A DNA stretch of 62,980 bases, filler included, from Salisapilia sapeloensis CBS 127946 (taxonomy: Eukaryota; Protista; Oomycota), in assembly GCA_023334545.1 (NCBI GenBank). It is 11 parts of 11 records of this genome, joined end to end, with 100 filler letters (N's around TTAATTAATTAA, not from the genome) between each part and the next. Parts side by side here need not be neighbours in the genome. Positions count along the whole stretch, not along the records: positions 43,872 to 45,717 come from JAADVB010001025.1; positions 45,818 to 55,947 come from JAADVB010000449.1; positions 56,048 to 57,647 come from JAADVB010001095.1; 8 more parts are not named here. One strand, given 5' to 3'. The notes under the pieces were generated by a model that was given only the letters and a program-made list of their open reading frames with translations, searched no databases and was not told the origin of the DNA. Positions 44,155-56,049 of this stretch are shown piece by piece. Position 1 is the stretch's first letter, and every line of letters begins with the position of its first letter. A program made the translations under genes and the position numbers.

Positions 44155-46340
44155 GCCGTTTTGATGTTCAGCTAAACAAGTTGAATAAAATTGTGTGAAC
44201 TTTTCTACAATCAGGTTACCGGAACTCTTATTGCATTAGCTGGATAGTTTGTTGTTGTCTTGAAAAGAGGTACTAGTAGGGAATACCATTGTGCTAATCG
44301 AAATCTACTGACAGGAAGTCTTCATGGAGTTTGAAAGTATTTTGCCAACTCGCATGTGCTTGCTGGAGATCTAAAATACATTTAACTACCAAGGTTTGTA
44401 CTATTCATCATAGGAACTGTCATAACCTTGAAATGCGTCGAACGAAATAATTTCACGAAAGAGTTGTTCGTAAGCCCCTGAAGCTAGAACGGAAATGTTA
44501 AAATCGATATATACTGAGATTTATGGCTTTCAGTAACTGTGATAGTATGCTCCAATGCCTTTAAGCTCGCTTGCACAAGTCGTTTCATAAGGAACCTATT
44601 TTCTTCCCATGCATCCAGGGTTTGGAGCAACCAAACTGTAGCTTGCTTAGCTTGGATTTGCGACTTAATCAATAAATGCATTCACCGATCATGACTCCCT
44701 GATAAGACAGTATATGACGTGCAACTGTATAGTTTTCGAAGCTGATGTTCTAGTTCGAAGTAGGTAGAAAGTCTTCTGCTAAAACATACATTGAAGTTAC
44801 CAACTACTTGTGTAATTTATCCTTATAGACTTGAGTAGTTGACTACAATGAGGGTACCTACAAGGCACGCAGTATTTGGATGATACAATTGTTTGTGTTG
44901 GCGACCACCATCAAAGTGACGTTGGTACACTCATTCGTACCTTTCTCTTCATAGACCTGTTTACGGCTGTAGACTTTCATATCAACGATATGCTTGGAGT
45001 GGATGTTATTGTGGCAAAAAGCGAGGGACTGTCGCTAAGGGGTCAAAACTTTATTAGCTAGAGAGCCACGTTTTACTTGAAACGAGCATCAAAAATTTCT
45101 TTTAGCTAGAAAGGATTTTTAGACTATTGATTGATAAAATTCGACACTCAAACTCTGTCATGTTTGTATTTAATTAATACGCAATTACTGTTGTTGGTAT
45201 TGTAAAATCCAAACTCCATCGCTGATAGTCCCGATGAGAGTGATGAATCGTCAAGTGTTTTTTATCAATCTTCAAGCAATTTAAAAGTCAATTGTCAATT
45301 ATCGATCTTAAGCAGTAAGCATAGTGTTTGAAACTCAAGTTAGGTACTATTACCAATTTTCCTCGTGCATACGTCTATGTAAGAGTTGTCGTAAGAAGCA
45401 ATTTTTGCTTAGGCGATATTACGAGGTAGCCCACCCTGACTCATATTCGAATGAATAAATTCAGCGGGGACATTTAGCTTTGAGGTTGAAACAAGTACCA
45501 TGACACTAATAACGTGATGGTCTATGGTGCTTGAGACGCAAGTAATGATAAGTTAGCTGAGCTACAGAGCTCTCAAAAAGTGTTGGACAGAAGCGAAACG
45601 GACGGAACTTACCTTTGAATTTGAAGAGCAATGGATTCATGACCTGCGGTGACTGCCATTATGCTTCGTACGAATGTTTCAGATTTGAAATACGCGTCCT
45701 TTTCGTGGCGACGTAGGNNNNNNNNNNNNNNNNNNNNNNNNNNNNNNNNNNNNNNNNNNNNTTAATTAATTAANNNNNNNNNNNNNNNNNNNNNNNNNNN
45801 NNNNNNNNNNNNNNNNNATCAGCAACTGTAGCGAGGAAGAAGCTAGAGCCTTTTCGTTTCAAGTACTTCAGTAATGGCATCGGTATCGTAGCTGCTGAGT
45901 CCGCTTGGATGAAGGAGGAGTTTACAGAAGTAGTTTCAGAGTACTGGCCGACCTGCCCGAGTGACCACATACGGACGGAGTGATGAGGATACAGCGTGAA
46001 CTGCAGCGCTACACATTCATCCATCGAAAAGATACCATCACACCACTCGCTCATCATATTATTTCGTGCGCCCACAAAGCGTTGCAAATATGAATTGTCA
46101 TGTCGACTCTGTCGGTGCAGAAAGAGTAAATAAGTGCTCAGCATGACCTCTTTCCATGCAATAAATTTCATTCCAACCAAGTGTTTCTATAAAGTTACCA
46201 TACCTCTTGCACATACGAAAGTAAAAAAAGCTAAAGCATACTCGACTGATAGAAAGTCACACAGCCCCCAAGTCTATAGTCAACTCTATCTTGTGATGGT
46301 CGGAGAAAAATGAAACACTTTGTTTTTCCAACGTTTGTCT

Positions 46341-48488
46341 CTACAACGTCTTCTTCTTCGTGATGTACCCACTGGAGCTGAATGCTGGCTTGTTCACGTA
46401 TCTCCTTCCAAGCGATCGCAACTTACCCTTCTTCAGAATCGCATACGCAGTCACGGACACCGCCGCAATGTACGCAATGATTCCATCCCTCACTCTCGTA
46501 GTTACTTCCACTTCCGGTCGCAAGCTCACGGACGCGCCGACAACAACCGCGAGCGCAATCGACATTTCAAACAAGAGGAAGAGGACACTATGTAACTGTT
46601 GGAAACTAAATGGCGACTCTTCTCGCTTGTCCGGAACGTGATTCGCCACCACCAGATCATATGCATCTTGTCTCAATCCGTCGGAAAAGTTATTCAAGTA
46701 GTACCTCGTGACAGAATTCACGCCGTCCTGGAGTGCACCAGCAATCGTCCGTTTACCCGTGCGTGTAAAGTCCGTCTTCAACGCTCCTGTGCCAGCGTAC
46801 ATGCGACTGACGTAATCTGCATTATCCGCCCAAGCGTTCTTAAAGCTGCGTTCAAAAGTGACGAAACGAGACTCCAAGACACCGTCGTCACTCAGTTTCA
46901 GCGCCTGGAGCAGAACTTTACGGGCAAAGAGCGACATGACAACATTCGTCCGGTCCAAGTTGTCCATACAGTTGACGCGGAAGACACCTCGTTGGCGAGA
47001 GACTAGCCGTCCGTCCTTATCGTACTCGAACCAGCCATAGTGTTGGAACTGATCCTGCACTTCTGTCAAGAGTTTGCCTAGATGGTGCCACTTCATGTTC
47101 CGACATTCATGATGGAAGTCGAACCAGTGGTACGCCACTGGTTCACTGAACAAGGAGTGGACACCGCTGCCTTCAGTGCTCGTAGGCGACGCAGCGCTAA
47201 TGGGAGAGCTCGTCGTGCTAATGGACTTTTCGGACATCGTTCGAGTCGGTAGCGCCGGTGTCGAGTCGGACGTATGTGCCTGCTGATTATACTTTTTGAC
47301 GTACTTTTGGAAGGCCGAACCGAGTTGCGACTGGTCTCGGACCGTCGCGCTCTTCCCTGCTCGATCGATTAGGTTGACGACCGTGACGTGACCGTACCGA
47401 CGGATGATCGTGTCCATGTGCGCTCTGAACGCGAGTTCATTCCAGTCGACCAAGGCACTCGCGCCGCCGCTGAAGGCGTATCGGGTGCGAGGCATGTATT
47501 TGAGCGTAACGAGTTGGTCCCAATAAAGAGGTAACGAGCCTCGGATTTGAACGTACGACACGAGTGATCGATCTGGTCGAACGACAATGGTTTCGGTCTC
47601 GGCAAAGTTCGCGACGTATCCGTCTTTATCGACGCCGCGGACGTTAAATCTCGTTCCAACACGACGCCAGGAGCGTCGCGTGAAGAAGAGAAGATCACAC
47701 CTAGCTCCATCGATCTCACACTTTTTCACGGTCTTGACGAAGCCACTGATGACTGGTATGATCCACTCATGTGCTTCGTGCTGTATAAAGACTTCTAGCA
47801 CTGGTTTATTCCAAAAGAAGTCGTCTTCTGCCTTTTGCCACATGGGGAGAGCTCTCGAGGAGGATGCATTTGGGAGACTGCTTCCAGACCGTTGGAGCTT
47901 ACTCCCTTTGCCAGACCCTGTTGGCGTACTGATGGAAGCACTGAAGCGCTTTTGAGCTGATAAGGTCAAGTCATATTCGTACGAAAAGTAAAACGTTTGG
48001 GAATGCAAGACAGACTGGATCATACGAATGTACGTCTCTTCATCTTGTTTCTCCCGAGCAGATGCATGTTTCTGGAAACTACGCTGTGCAGCGGATGAAA
48101 TCGGAATAAGATCGACTTGCAGGACAGAGAAGATTTTATCACCACTTGGACCAGACCCGACGACTCGAGCGTCGGAGATAACAGCCAAGTAGCTGCCACT
48201 TAATAAAGAGTAGGTGCCGTACACGGCGTGAATCGGAACGACTTCATCGATATTGGATTTCGCATTCGTTTTCGACGGACTTTCGCCATCGTTCGAGTTT
48301 GGTAGACGTTCTAACTCGATGCCGTTTGGGAGGGATGGCGATGGGGACAGCTTCAGCCAGTCGGACGTCGCGAAGCGCGTGTCCTCGAGCAAAAGTGCAC
48401 TCGACGTTCGATGCACCCGAAACATGGTGTTGTGGCCGACGAGGCGAGATGGCCCGAGGTCGAGATTGTCTTGGAATATATACCCCAT
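46341..48488 (-). CDS. SAC1: SAC1 phosphoinositide phosphatase
   Basis: FYFSYEYDLT, DDFFWN, GTRFNVRGVDKDGYVANFAETE, QIRGSLPLYW, catalytic RVNCMDNLDRTN, YAGTGALK, two C-terminal TM segments. Confidence 0.95.
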   Translation of the reverse strand: MGYIFQDNLDLGPSRLVGHNTMFRVHRTSSALLLEDTRFATSDWLKLSPSPSLPNGIELERLPNSNDGESPSKTNAKSNIDEVVPIHAVYGTYSLLSGSYLAVISDARVVGSGPSGDKIFSVLQVDLIPISSAAQRSFQKHASAREKQDEETYIRMIQSVLHSQTFYFSYEYDLTLSAQKRFSASISTPTGSGKGSKLQRSGSSLPNASSSRALPMWQKAEDDFFWNKPVLEVFIQHEAHEWIIPVISGFVKTVKKCEIDGARCDLLFFTRRSWRRVGTRFNVRGVDKDGYVANFAETETIVVRPDRSLVSYVQIRGSLPLYWDQLVTLKYMPRTRYAFSGGASALVDWNELAFRAHMDTIIRRYGHVTVVNLIDRAGKSATVRDQSQLGSAFQKYVKKYNQQAHTSDSTPALPTRTMSEKSISTTSSPISAASPTSTEGSGVHSLFSEPVAYHWFDFHHECRNMKWHHLGKLLTEVQDQFQHYGWFEYDKDGRLVSRQRGVFRVNCMDNLDRTNVVMSLFARKVLLQALKLSDDGVLESRFVTFERSFKNAWADNADYVSRMYAGTGALKTDFTRTGKRTIAGALQDGVNSVTRYYLNNFSDGLRQDAYDLVVANHVPDKREESPFSFQQLHSVLFLLFEMSIALAVVVGASVSLRPEVEVTTRVRDGIIAYIAAVSVTAYAILKKGKLRSLGRRYVNKPAFSSSGYITKKKTL

Positions 48489-49110
48489 TACAAGGGTTGT
48501 CCGGGAGGAATGGTGGCAGATGGGTATGCACGAAAGCTGCTTGGAAGGACATAAATGTAGCTAATACGCTTCGGAACGATTACGCAGACTCGAGTCGTGT
48601 TAGGTCATGCTTATAATCTTACGTGGAAGCAATGTCTCGACAAGCACTTGGTATCATTTTATCACAGTCGTTTCGGATTCGAGTGGAAGGAGACATGTAG
48701 CTGGGAAGAGTGTTGCTTTATCGTGGTGACAAGTTCTCTTTTTCATGGCTTCTTCGGCCTTTGTAAGAGATTCTCTCAGCATGCGTATACGTTGCACGTA
48801 CGAGATACTTGCTCTAGTTGTACTTGATGTCACTATAGCATCCAGATCAGAGGGAGGTTGCCAGTAATTGCGATGCATTGCGTACAGTCATGCGATGGAC
48901 ACTCGTCGATCCGTACATTTCCATATCCATCTACCAACACATACCGACTCCTATCTAGCTACGTACGACGCACAAGACAAGAGCTGTCGTTTCGTCTGCT
49001 ACATACGAGTACTCGACAAGGGATAGAATGCGAGTCAGCATTTTATATAGGAAATTGTATGTCTCAACGTTTTCTCACGTCCGACAACTGTTTATTCAAG
49101 TCGGCTATAA

Positions 49111-49782
49111 TTACCGCTTCCTCCGGTTGGATGCATGCAGCTTTTGCATGCGTCGACGTCGTTGACCGACAGCTTTAAGGTCGTACACATCAGGTGTATG
49201 GACACTCGTCATCTCCCGTAGTTCAATTTCCTTCTTTTCCTTGGCCATGCTAGTCCACATCGGAGGTGTCATCAAGCGATGTTGCGCTGCATGCACACTT
49301 TCCCGTTGCTGTGTTGCGTGATGCCGCAGTACCTCGGCGAATGTAGGTGATTGCTTGTCAGATTTTTGCATGCCGACATCTTCCCATTCGTCTTGTACCA
49401 TAATCCAGGCATCAGGCTGTCCAGGTCGAACTTCCTCCCATCCTTCCTCAACATCCTCGTCCGACACGATAGACTGGTTCAATTCCTCTTCTCGCGTCAT
49501 AATCTCCAGAGGCGGTTTTACCGTCGATGCCAAGTCACTGAGCATCACAGCGGCATCGTCTGCCTGCCATTGTGTCGACTCGAGCACATCTTCAAGCACA
49601 TCCAAAGGTAAAGATGGGTACACTTCGTGCAAAGACTGCAGTGTTTGTGCCTGTACAAGTGTGCGAGATGGATAGGATCGAGCGGAAACTTCCGCGTCGA
49701 GCACGTCGTGTTTGTCTGGCACGATGTATTTACCGCTGCGCTTAACATTGACAGCGCGTGGGGCAGAGGACTTGAGTGTCAT
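49111..49782 (-). CDS. CUE (ubiquitin-binding) domain protein
   Basis: LQSLHEVYPSLPLDVLEDVLESTQWQADDAAVML fits the CUE pattern; the remainder is low complexity. Confidence 0.65.
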   Translation of the reverse strand: MTLKSSAPRAVNVKRSGKYIVPDKHDVLDAEVSARSYPSRTLVQAQTLQSLHEVYPSLPLDVLEDVLESTQWQADDAAVMLSDLASTVKPPLEIMTREEELNQSIVSDEDVEEGWEEVRPGQPDAWIMVQDEWEDVGMQKSDKQSPTFAEVLRHHATQQRESVHAAQHRLMTPPMWTSMAKEKKEIELREMTSVHTPDVYDLKAVGQRRRRMQKLHASNRRKR

Positions 49783-50354
49783 CTTGTTTCTAGAGTAGTC
49801 TACTAGGTGGTAGAAAGTTAGCTTGGGTCCTGCTTGTCAAATCGAAGAATGATCGACCCTCGTGCGATTTTTCCGGAGCTCCGATTTTTCCGGCACCTAT
49901 TCAGGATCGAAACCCTTCAAGATGCGAAATCCATGGATAACTTGGATAAAGTATGCTATTGTTAGGATGTGAAGCGACGGTTCAGTTCGTAACTCGTTTT
50001 TCTTGCGGGTAGGTTCTTGCGGAACTTATCCGCGACGGTATTTTCTTACGGTGAGCAATTTGGAACGATGGGATAGTGCCTCAGTATAGACTAATGACGT
50101 GCTTACATCGCACGTAGAGTGAAGTTCGTTCATGTAGGCCAGAGGAAGTTTCTGTGGAGGTTGTGCGAAGGTCGCGGACATTCCATTTCTTGTCTAAAGG
50201 TCGCATCTGCTTTCCATTTGCTTTCTTTCGTTCTTGTAGAAATCAATTAGAGAGACGAGTAGATTTGTGTATGAAGCGATTCATTTGTTGGTTCCTATTC
50301 GTTGCTACCTACCGGTATCGCCGTTTCTAAAAGTAAAACTCTATACGAAACTTG

Positions 50355-51323
50355 TTACTCGGCTCGAGGAGCACGACGGCGTCGAGCTTTCGCAGTTCCA
50401 TTTTCCTTGGGTGCGTCCTTCGTCGTCGCGGGTGGCACGTCTTCCGCCTCGTCTTCCGAGTCGCTCCGAATGTCCTTTTCCACATGACCAGACGTCAATG
50501 TCGAGACGACCATGCGAGCGATGAGCAGACCCCAGAATATGTGCAGCGCAAGGAGGATGCAGAGGAAGAAGACAAAGGCGATGTAGCACCAATACCAAAA
50601 GTCCGGGGTTTTCCCGAAAAACTCGCCCTGCTCGTAAATCGGTACGAGGATCTGGTCGTACGCATGCAAGTAGCAGCTATAGATGATGTTCGAGGCAAAG
50701 TAGTACCATCGGACGATGAACCACACGACGGCAAACAGACCAAAGAACAAGTTCGCGAGCGAATCAATCTCTAGGTAGACGAAGAATTTGGCTGTTTCCA
50801 ATAGTAAGTCGTTCACGTCATGGAGGAGGAGGACACAAGCGCCAACGCGCGTCAGGTCGAACGAGTAGGAGAAGACCATCAATGCGATGGTAGCAAAGTG
50901 ATGTGCGAGCATCTCCATATTGTCCTTCCGCTTGACCTTGTAGTGGTGATTCGTGAGGCCGAGCATAAAGTCAATGCTTTGGAGCCAAAAGCTCAGGTAC
51001 ATCATGTAGTACCATCGCAGACCTTCCGGTGGCGACCATGGAAAGTCTGTAAAGTAGAGCTCTGGCTGGAAAAACCAGTCTTCGCCATACACATTGTAAA
51101 GGCCGAACGTGAAGAGCGTGCCCACGGCGACGTTTTTCCATAAAGACTCACGCATCTTGTCCGTCTTCTCTTGTCCAACATAACCTCGACGCACAAGTGC
51201 ACGGACGAGAGGCGTGAGGACAGCCGAGTCCCACACAAAGTGGTACACATAGATACCCACGAGCGATACGACGAAGCGTTGTGCTTCCACGGTCGGTTCA
51301 CACTCGGTGAAAATGCACGGCAT
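50355..51323 (-). CDS. LAG1: Ceramide synthase (LAG1/LAC1, TLC domain)
   Basis: KMRESLWK, RKDNMEMLAHH, RVG..VLLLHDVND..LE.AK, acidic C-terminal DIRSDSEDE. Confidence 0.93.
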   Translation of the reverse strand: MPCIFTECEPTVEAQRFVVSLVGIYVYHFVWDSAVLTPLVRALVRRGYVGQEKTDKMRESLWKNVAVGTLFTFGLYNVYGEDWFFQPELYFTDFPWSPPEGLRWYYMMYLSFWLQSIDFMLGLTNHHYKVKRKDNMEMLAHHFATIALMVFSYSFDLTRVGACVLLLHDVNDLLLETAKFFVYLEIDSLANLFFGLFAVVWFIVRWYYFASNIIYSCYLHAYDQILVPIYEQGEFFGKTPDFWYWCYIAFVFFLCILLALHIFWGLLIARMVVSTLTSGHVEKDIRSDSEDEAEDVPPATTKDAPKENGTAKARRRRAPRAE

Positions 51324-51640
51324 TCTTTTCTTGTCTAACGGTACGCTTGACGTATATTGGACGAAGGGTCAATCGTCTCAAAGATGAGCGTACTATCTAA
51401 TGCGCTCTAGTCGAGATGGAGAATGAGAATGCAAGCGTTCACACGTCGAATCGCTACACACGGAAGTTTAAGGGCACTAGCGGTGGAGAAAACACGTTGA
51501 AAATGACTCTAGTTTTGTATGCGTATCTTGAAAGGTCAGAAGCCGACGAATATAGATCGAAATGGTATTTATGGCATGTCCGTTTTCGAGAGAGGGAGGT
51601 CTGGGAACCTCAGTTGAGTACTTGATACGTTCCAAAGCAC

Positions 51641-53317
51641 ATGTATCGACGGGAAGAACGAGCACCATCGAGCTTGTGGGATGATGGCACGTCCAGTCGC
51701 CAAATGTCGGAAACCTCAGCGCAATTTGACACGCTCGGCACACCGAAAACGAATGGCTCCATCACGTATCGTCAAGGTGGTGCAAATAAGATGGATGCAT
51801 CGAGTGGCAAACAAGGTGCTGCAGCAGTCAATCGTTTTATCAATTCTGATGCGGATGAGGGAGATGCTTATGCCTATGAAGACAAGTACGAAGGTCGTTT
51901 TGCCTTTCTGAAGCAGCCAACGACGCAAATTCTTCTTGCCGTCGTCATTGGTGCGTCTCTGGGAGCTCTGCTTTCCGAAGTTGATGCACCGAAGAGTCTT
52001 ATCGTCTTCATTAACATTCCTGGTAGCATCTTTCTTCGTGCGCTTCAGTGCTTTGTCATTCCCATGATCTTTGCTGGCATGACCACCGGTATCGCCGATG
52101 TCGTGGTCCTTGGAAATGTATCGGCAATTGGTACTCGGACGGCTGCATTGTTCTTGTTCTTCACTACGATTACAGCCATCCTGGCCGTTGCCGTCTCGAC
52201 CATTCAAAGGTATGTTGGGAATCCGGAACAGGAATCGCGAGAGCCGATCTTTGGATACATCAACATTGAATGTGGGGAAGGCAAGTACTACATGGCAACT
52301 CCGGACAATCCTAGTGTCATCTGTAACGAGACGAATGACCATCTTAATAGACTGATAAAGATTGTTGATTTGGATGGTGTCGTCGTGAAGACGGAAAGCA
52401 AACTGACATTCTCAGAGACGCTGAAGCTTATCCTAGATGACCTCTTCCCAAAGAACCTCTTTTCATGTCTACAGAACGGAACGCTATTGAGTGTGACGGT
52501 CTTTGCCGTCTTCTTCGGTGCAGCTGCCATGCTCTCGAGTTCCCGTGAAAACAGCCCGTTGCTGGATGCTTTGAAGCAGTGCAATACCATGTTCTTCTAC
52601 ATCATTTCGAAAATCATTGCACTGAGCCCAATCGCTGTCGTCTCCCTCGTCGCTGGATCCGTAAGTTCCCAAAGCCAAGCCTTTGCAGAGACGTTAGCAA
52701 ACATTGGCGTTCTGCTACTTTGTGACCTGATCACATTGCTAATACTGCACTTGACCGTATACCCTGTGGTGGTCTACTATTACACGAGACGAAACCCATG
52801 GGCGTATCTTCGTCAAATGGTGCCTTGCATTAGTTTTGGGTTCGGTAGTGCTTCATCTCTTGCGTCATTGCCCCTTACAATCCGCTGTGTCCAATCTACC
52901 CGTGAAGTCGCAACGGGTCTATCGCAGTTCGTAGTTACCATTGGAGGCACTGTGCACAAGAATGGTACTGCCGCTTACTTTGTTGCGAGCATTATCTTTC
53001 TCGCCACAACGTCAGCGGAACAGCCAGATATTGACTGGATTCGTATAATTTTCATCGTTGTCATATCAGTCCTCAGCTCCATTAGTGCTGCACCAATTCC
53101 AAACGCTGGTCTCATCATGGTCGTGTCGATCTGGAGTACTTCCTTCCCGGATTACGTCCTCCCAACTACATACACTTATCTCGTCGCTAGCTACTGGCTA
53201 TTCGATCGAATCAATACGACATTCAACATCCTAGGAGACGCCTACGTTGCGCGCATCGTCTCGGAGATGGTCGACGAGACGTACCAGCTTGGTCCGGAAG
53301 GTGTCCACCGAAACTAA
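51641..53317 (+). CDS. Dicarboxylate/amino acid:cation symporter (DAACS/SLC1 family)
   Basis: PGSIFLRALQCFVIPMI, FGFGSASSLASLP, GGTVHKNGTA, AAPIPNAG, FDRINTTFNILGD. Confidence 0.92.
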   Translation: MYRREERAPSSLWDDGTSSRQMSETSAQFDTLGTPKTNGSITYRQGGANKMDASSGKQGAAAVNRFINSDADEGDAYAYEDKYEGRFAFLKQPTTQILLAVVIGASLGALLSEVDAPKSLIVFINIPGSIFLRALQCFVIPMIFAGMTTGIADVVVLGNVSAIGTRTAALFLFFTTITAILAVAVSTIQRYVGNPEQESREPIFGYINIECGEGKYYMATPDNPSVICNETNDHLNRLIKIVDLDGVVVKTESKLTFSETLKLILDDLFPKNLFSCLQNGTLLSVTVFAVFFGAAAMLSSSRENSPLLDALKQCNTMFFYIISKIIALSPIAVVSLVAGSVSSQSQAFAETLANIGVLLLCDLITLLILHLTVYPVVVYYYTRRNPWAYLRQMVPCISFGFGSASSLASLPLTIRCVQSTREVATGLSQFVVTIGGTVHKNGTAAYFVASIIFLATTSAEQPDIDWIRIIFIVVISVLSSISAAPIPNAGLIMVVSIWSTSFPDYVLPTTYTYLVASYWLFDRINTTFNILGDAYVARIVSEMVDETYQLGPEGVHRN

Positions 53318-53516
53318 CGCATTGGCTTCAATCGAACTTCAAGCATCCCTTCAAGATCGCACGGACACAAAAGTTACGATTTACTCCCTCTAATTCATCC
53401 AATCAATACACTTCTCTCTTTTAATCCACTGATTCTTTTGACAAAGACAAGCAAAAAGCTATGCAGCCACCATTCTCGAACTTACCTCGTACTACGCACG
53501 TTGAACTGAGATCGAT

Positions 53517-54149
53517 ATGTCTGTGCATGCACGTGCCACTGCCATGTTCCGCCCGCAAGGCGTACGTTTCCTTTCCCAGACTTCCCGACGGTCGAAACCG
53601 TTAGCCATAGAACTAGCCGTCCCGCGCACGGTTGTCAGCCAGCGCGCCAAGCATCTCTCGGCGTTGTCTGCCATAATTGCAGCTAGTGTTGGACTGCTAG
53701 GTAAAGATTCTTTCAGCGAGTCTTCTTTCCACCAACGTATCCTCAAAGATCCATTCTCTAAGCGAGGTGGATCTGGGAAGGATGATCTGAACTCGATCGT
53801 TGGAAAAATGGTGGATGGATTTTTAGCACACGTTGGTGAGATCTCTCTCGGCAGTGCCATGGGCTTTTGCTCTGGATACGCTTTGAAACAAGTGGGGAAG
53901 ATCACCGCTGTCGCCATTGGCTCGCTCTTCATCGCCGCCCAAGTTGCACAGACGAAAGGGTACGTCAACATTAACTGGAAAAAGGTGGAGAGCGACTTGA
54001 TGAAAAAGGTCGACGCGGATCAAGACGGAAAACTTACGAAGAAAGATTTGGATTTGTACTACAAGAAGTTGATGGCGATTCTACAGACGAATCTGCCTTC
54101 CTCTGCTGGATTCTCCTCGGGCTTCCTCTTCGCCATGACGTACGCTTAA
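53517..54149 (+). CDS. FUN14: FUN14-family mitochondrial outer-membrane protein
   Basis: GSAMGFCSGYALKQVGKITAVAIG..F..Q...KGYVNINWKKV; SAGFSSGF; the start may be ATG 53544. Confidence 0.88.
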   Translation: MSVHARATAMFRPQGVRFLSQTSRRSKPLAIELAVPRTVVSQRAKHLSALSAIIAASVGLLGKDSFSESSFHQRILKDPFSKRGGSGKDDLNSIVGKMVDGFLAHVGEISLGSAMGFCSGYALKQVGKITAVAIGSLFIAAQVAQTKGYVNINWKKVESDLMKKVDADQDGKLTKKDLDLYYKKLMAILQTNLPSSAGFSSGFLFAMTYA

Positions 54150-54197
54150 CGGAAATCACGAACTGTTTTGATGCTTATAATACGTTGCATTCCTTGT

Positions 54198-55196
54198 CTA
54201 CATTGGAAAAGCTCTGGCAAGAAACCCAACGATAACCGTTCGGTCTTCTGCGCTTAGTCCAAGGCCCTTCAGTTCTCGCGAAAAAGCTGGAACACTGCTA
54301 ATGCCGTTGCTAATCAGATTCAGCCCCATCGTCGAGTACAAGATGACGGCCGGATTTTCAAATGCGAGGAACATTTGCTTGCAACTTTCCGAGCACATGG
54401 GAAAGCAATCGTACCATAACTTTTCCCTCGTACGATACTTTTGCCATTCATCCACAGATTCGACCGTCTGCTCATGAGATGGCTCTGGCGGACTATTCGA
54501 TCCTTCCTATGAAACACGTTAGATCTGTTCATTCCGAACAAGAAGATAGATGACAGACATACCTGAGAAAGCTCCTGCAGTGCTTTGGTCCAGCTTGTAG
54601 ATGATAAAGCATCCTCCTAGACAAAAATCAGTGTTGAATGCAAAAGCTACGAGCAGTCCAGACGTACAGAAATGTCCTTTTCGATATAAATTTTGTATGC
54701 TTCCACCGTTGGCAATCGAGTGGCATACAGCATATTCTCTGAAGTCTATTCAAACATTGAGTACTTGTATATACGTATATCATCTGGACTGCATCAACTC
54801 ATACTTGAGGATCCGGACTTTCATGACTGCAGCGAAGAGGTACGAGCCACTCTTTCTCCAGTAACACTCGAATGACTTTATCCGCAGCTTCGCCACGTTG
54901 CTTCGACTGGATCAAACCTCGGCTCAGCTGGTCATCTTTGTGCAAGAAACGAGCGGAAAGCAACTCCAGTCCGTCACGCTGGAGCCAATCGTGCAGCTGG
55001 CTGATGTCCACATACTCTTGCCCTGTGGCTTCCGACATCTCGACAAGTCCGGCGTGCTCGACGAGCACCACGAACTCGTCTTCGCTCATATGATCCGCGC
55101 TCTCGATTGTGAAATACGGAGTGGCAAACCTGGCCGTTTGCTCGATATACGGTTAGTAGAAGCAGAAAGTGGCGAAGGCACACGGTTTACTGTCAT
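54198..55196 (-). CDS. Hypothetical 5-exon protein (~260 aa); exons 55196-55191, 55140-54805, 54745-54668, 54616-54563, 54506-54198
   Basis: Four consecutive phase-0 GT-AG introns of 50-59 bp (at least two with CTAAC branch sites) join ORF pieces into one open frame; the first mini-exon is uncertain. Confidence 0.7.
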
Positions 55197-56049
55197 GCAA
55201 GACGAGGAAAAACCGGACGTTTCGATGAGACGGTACCATCAATCGAAGTTCATGTCAGATTTTACGTGAAAGAAAAGAATTTGAATGCGATTAGTCTGTT
55301 GCAGTTTATATTAAAATCTAATTCATATCACGGTATTGACTGCATGGTTTGTAAGGCCTGCGTTAATGATAGCGCTTTATACACTACTCTTGCGCATACA
55401 CGCTTGATCGATTGATGTAAAGGCTTTGTGGTGGGTAATCAATGAATTCTTTCTTTCTTTAGTGGACGGTAACCTATAAAAGATGTTGCCGGTTTCTTGC
55501 TGATCGAGTGCAACTTTGTCACGTTGGATAGTCTCTTCGTATATAAACTCATGCACCCAAGGTCGGTTTGCAACAGTTCATCAAAAACAGAAGTCTGCCA
55601 TGCAGCATGCGCAACACGCCTCGAGATAGTCAGCATGCAGCCATTCGTGCTAATCGTGCTTTACCAACTTTGGCCATTACTACAAATCTCTGTGGTGCTT
55701 GTATGATATGGGTGAACCGAACTTCACACGAGTACCTTGCATGTTATTGTCAACACCAGAAGTAGAGGATCAGATCAGATCTAACTAGCGTACATCTCCT
55801 TGTTTAAAACCGTACCAGCCTCGCTCTAGCTATCCTTTGTTTTGGTTGTGGTCGGATAACCATCACAAGGAATTCTGAAGTATGAAAAGCCATGCAGCCG
55901 TCGAATGCGTAGTGATAACCCAGAGATACTCTCCTAGATAAATGAGCNNNNNNNNNNNNNNNNNNNNNNNNNNNNNNNNNNNNNNNNNNNNTTAATTAAT
56001 TAANNNNNNNNNNNNNNNNNNNNNNNNNNNNNNNNNNNNNNNNNNNNAG

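Noticed and set aside
45818-46060. Minus-strand ORF running off the contig edge (MMSEWCDG...), and similar edge ORFs at 27881-28068 and 59804-60000
   Set aside because: No recognisable domain or supporting signals; left uncalled.
55191-55253. Possible selenocysteine TGA in MNFD*WYRLIETSG upstream of the orphan gene
   Set aside because: An in-frame ATG lies downstream of the TGA (55196); there is no Sec-like redox motif or recognisable SECIS.
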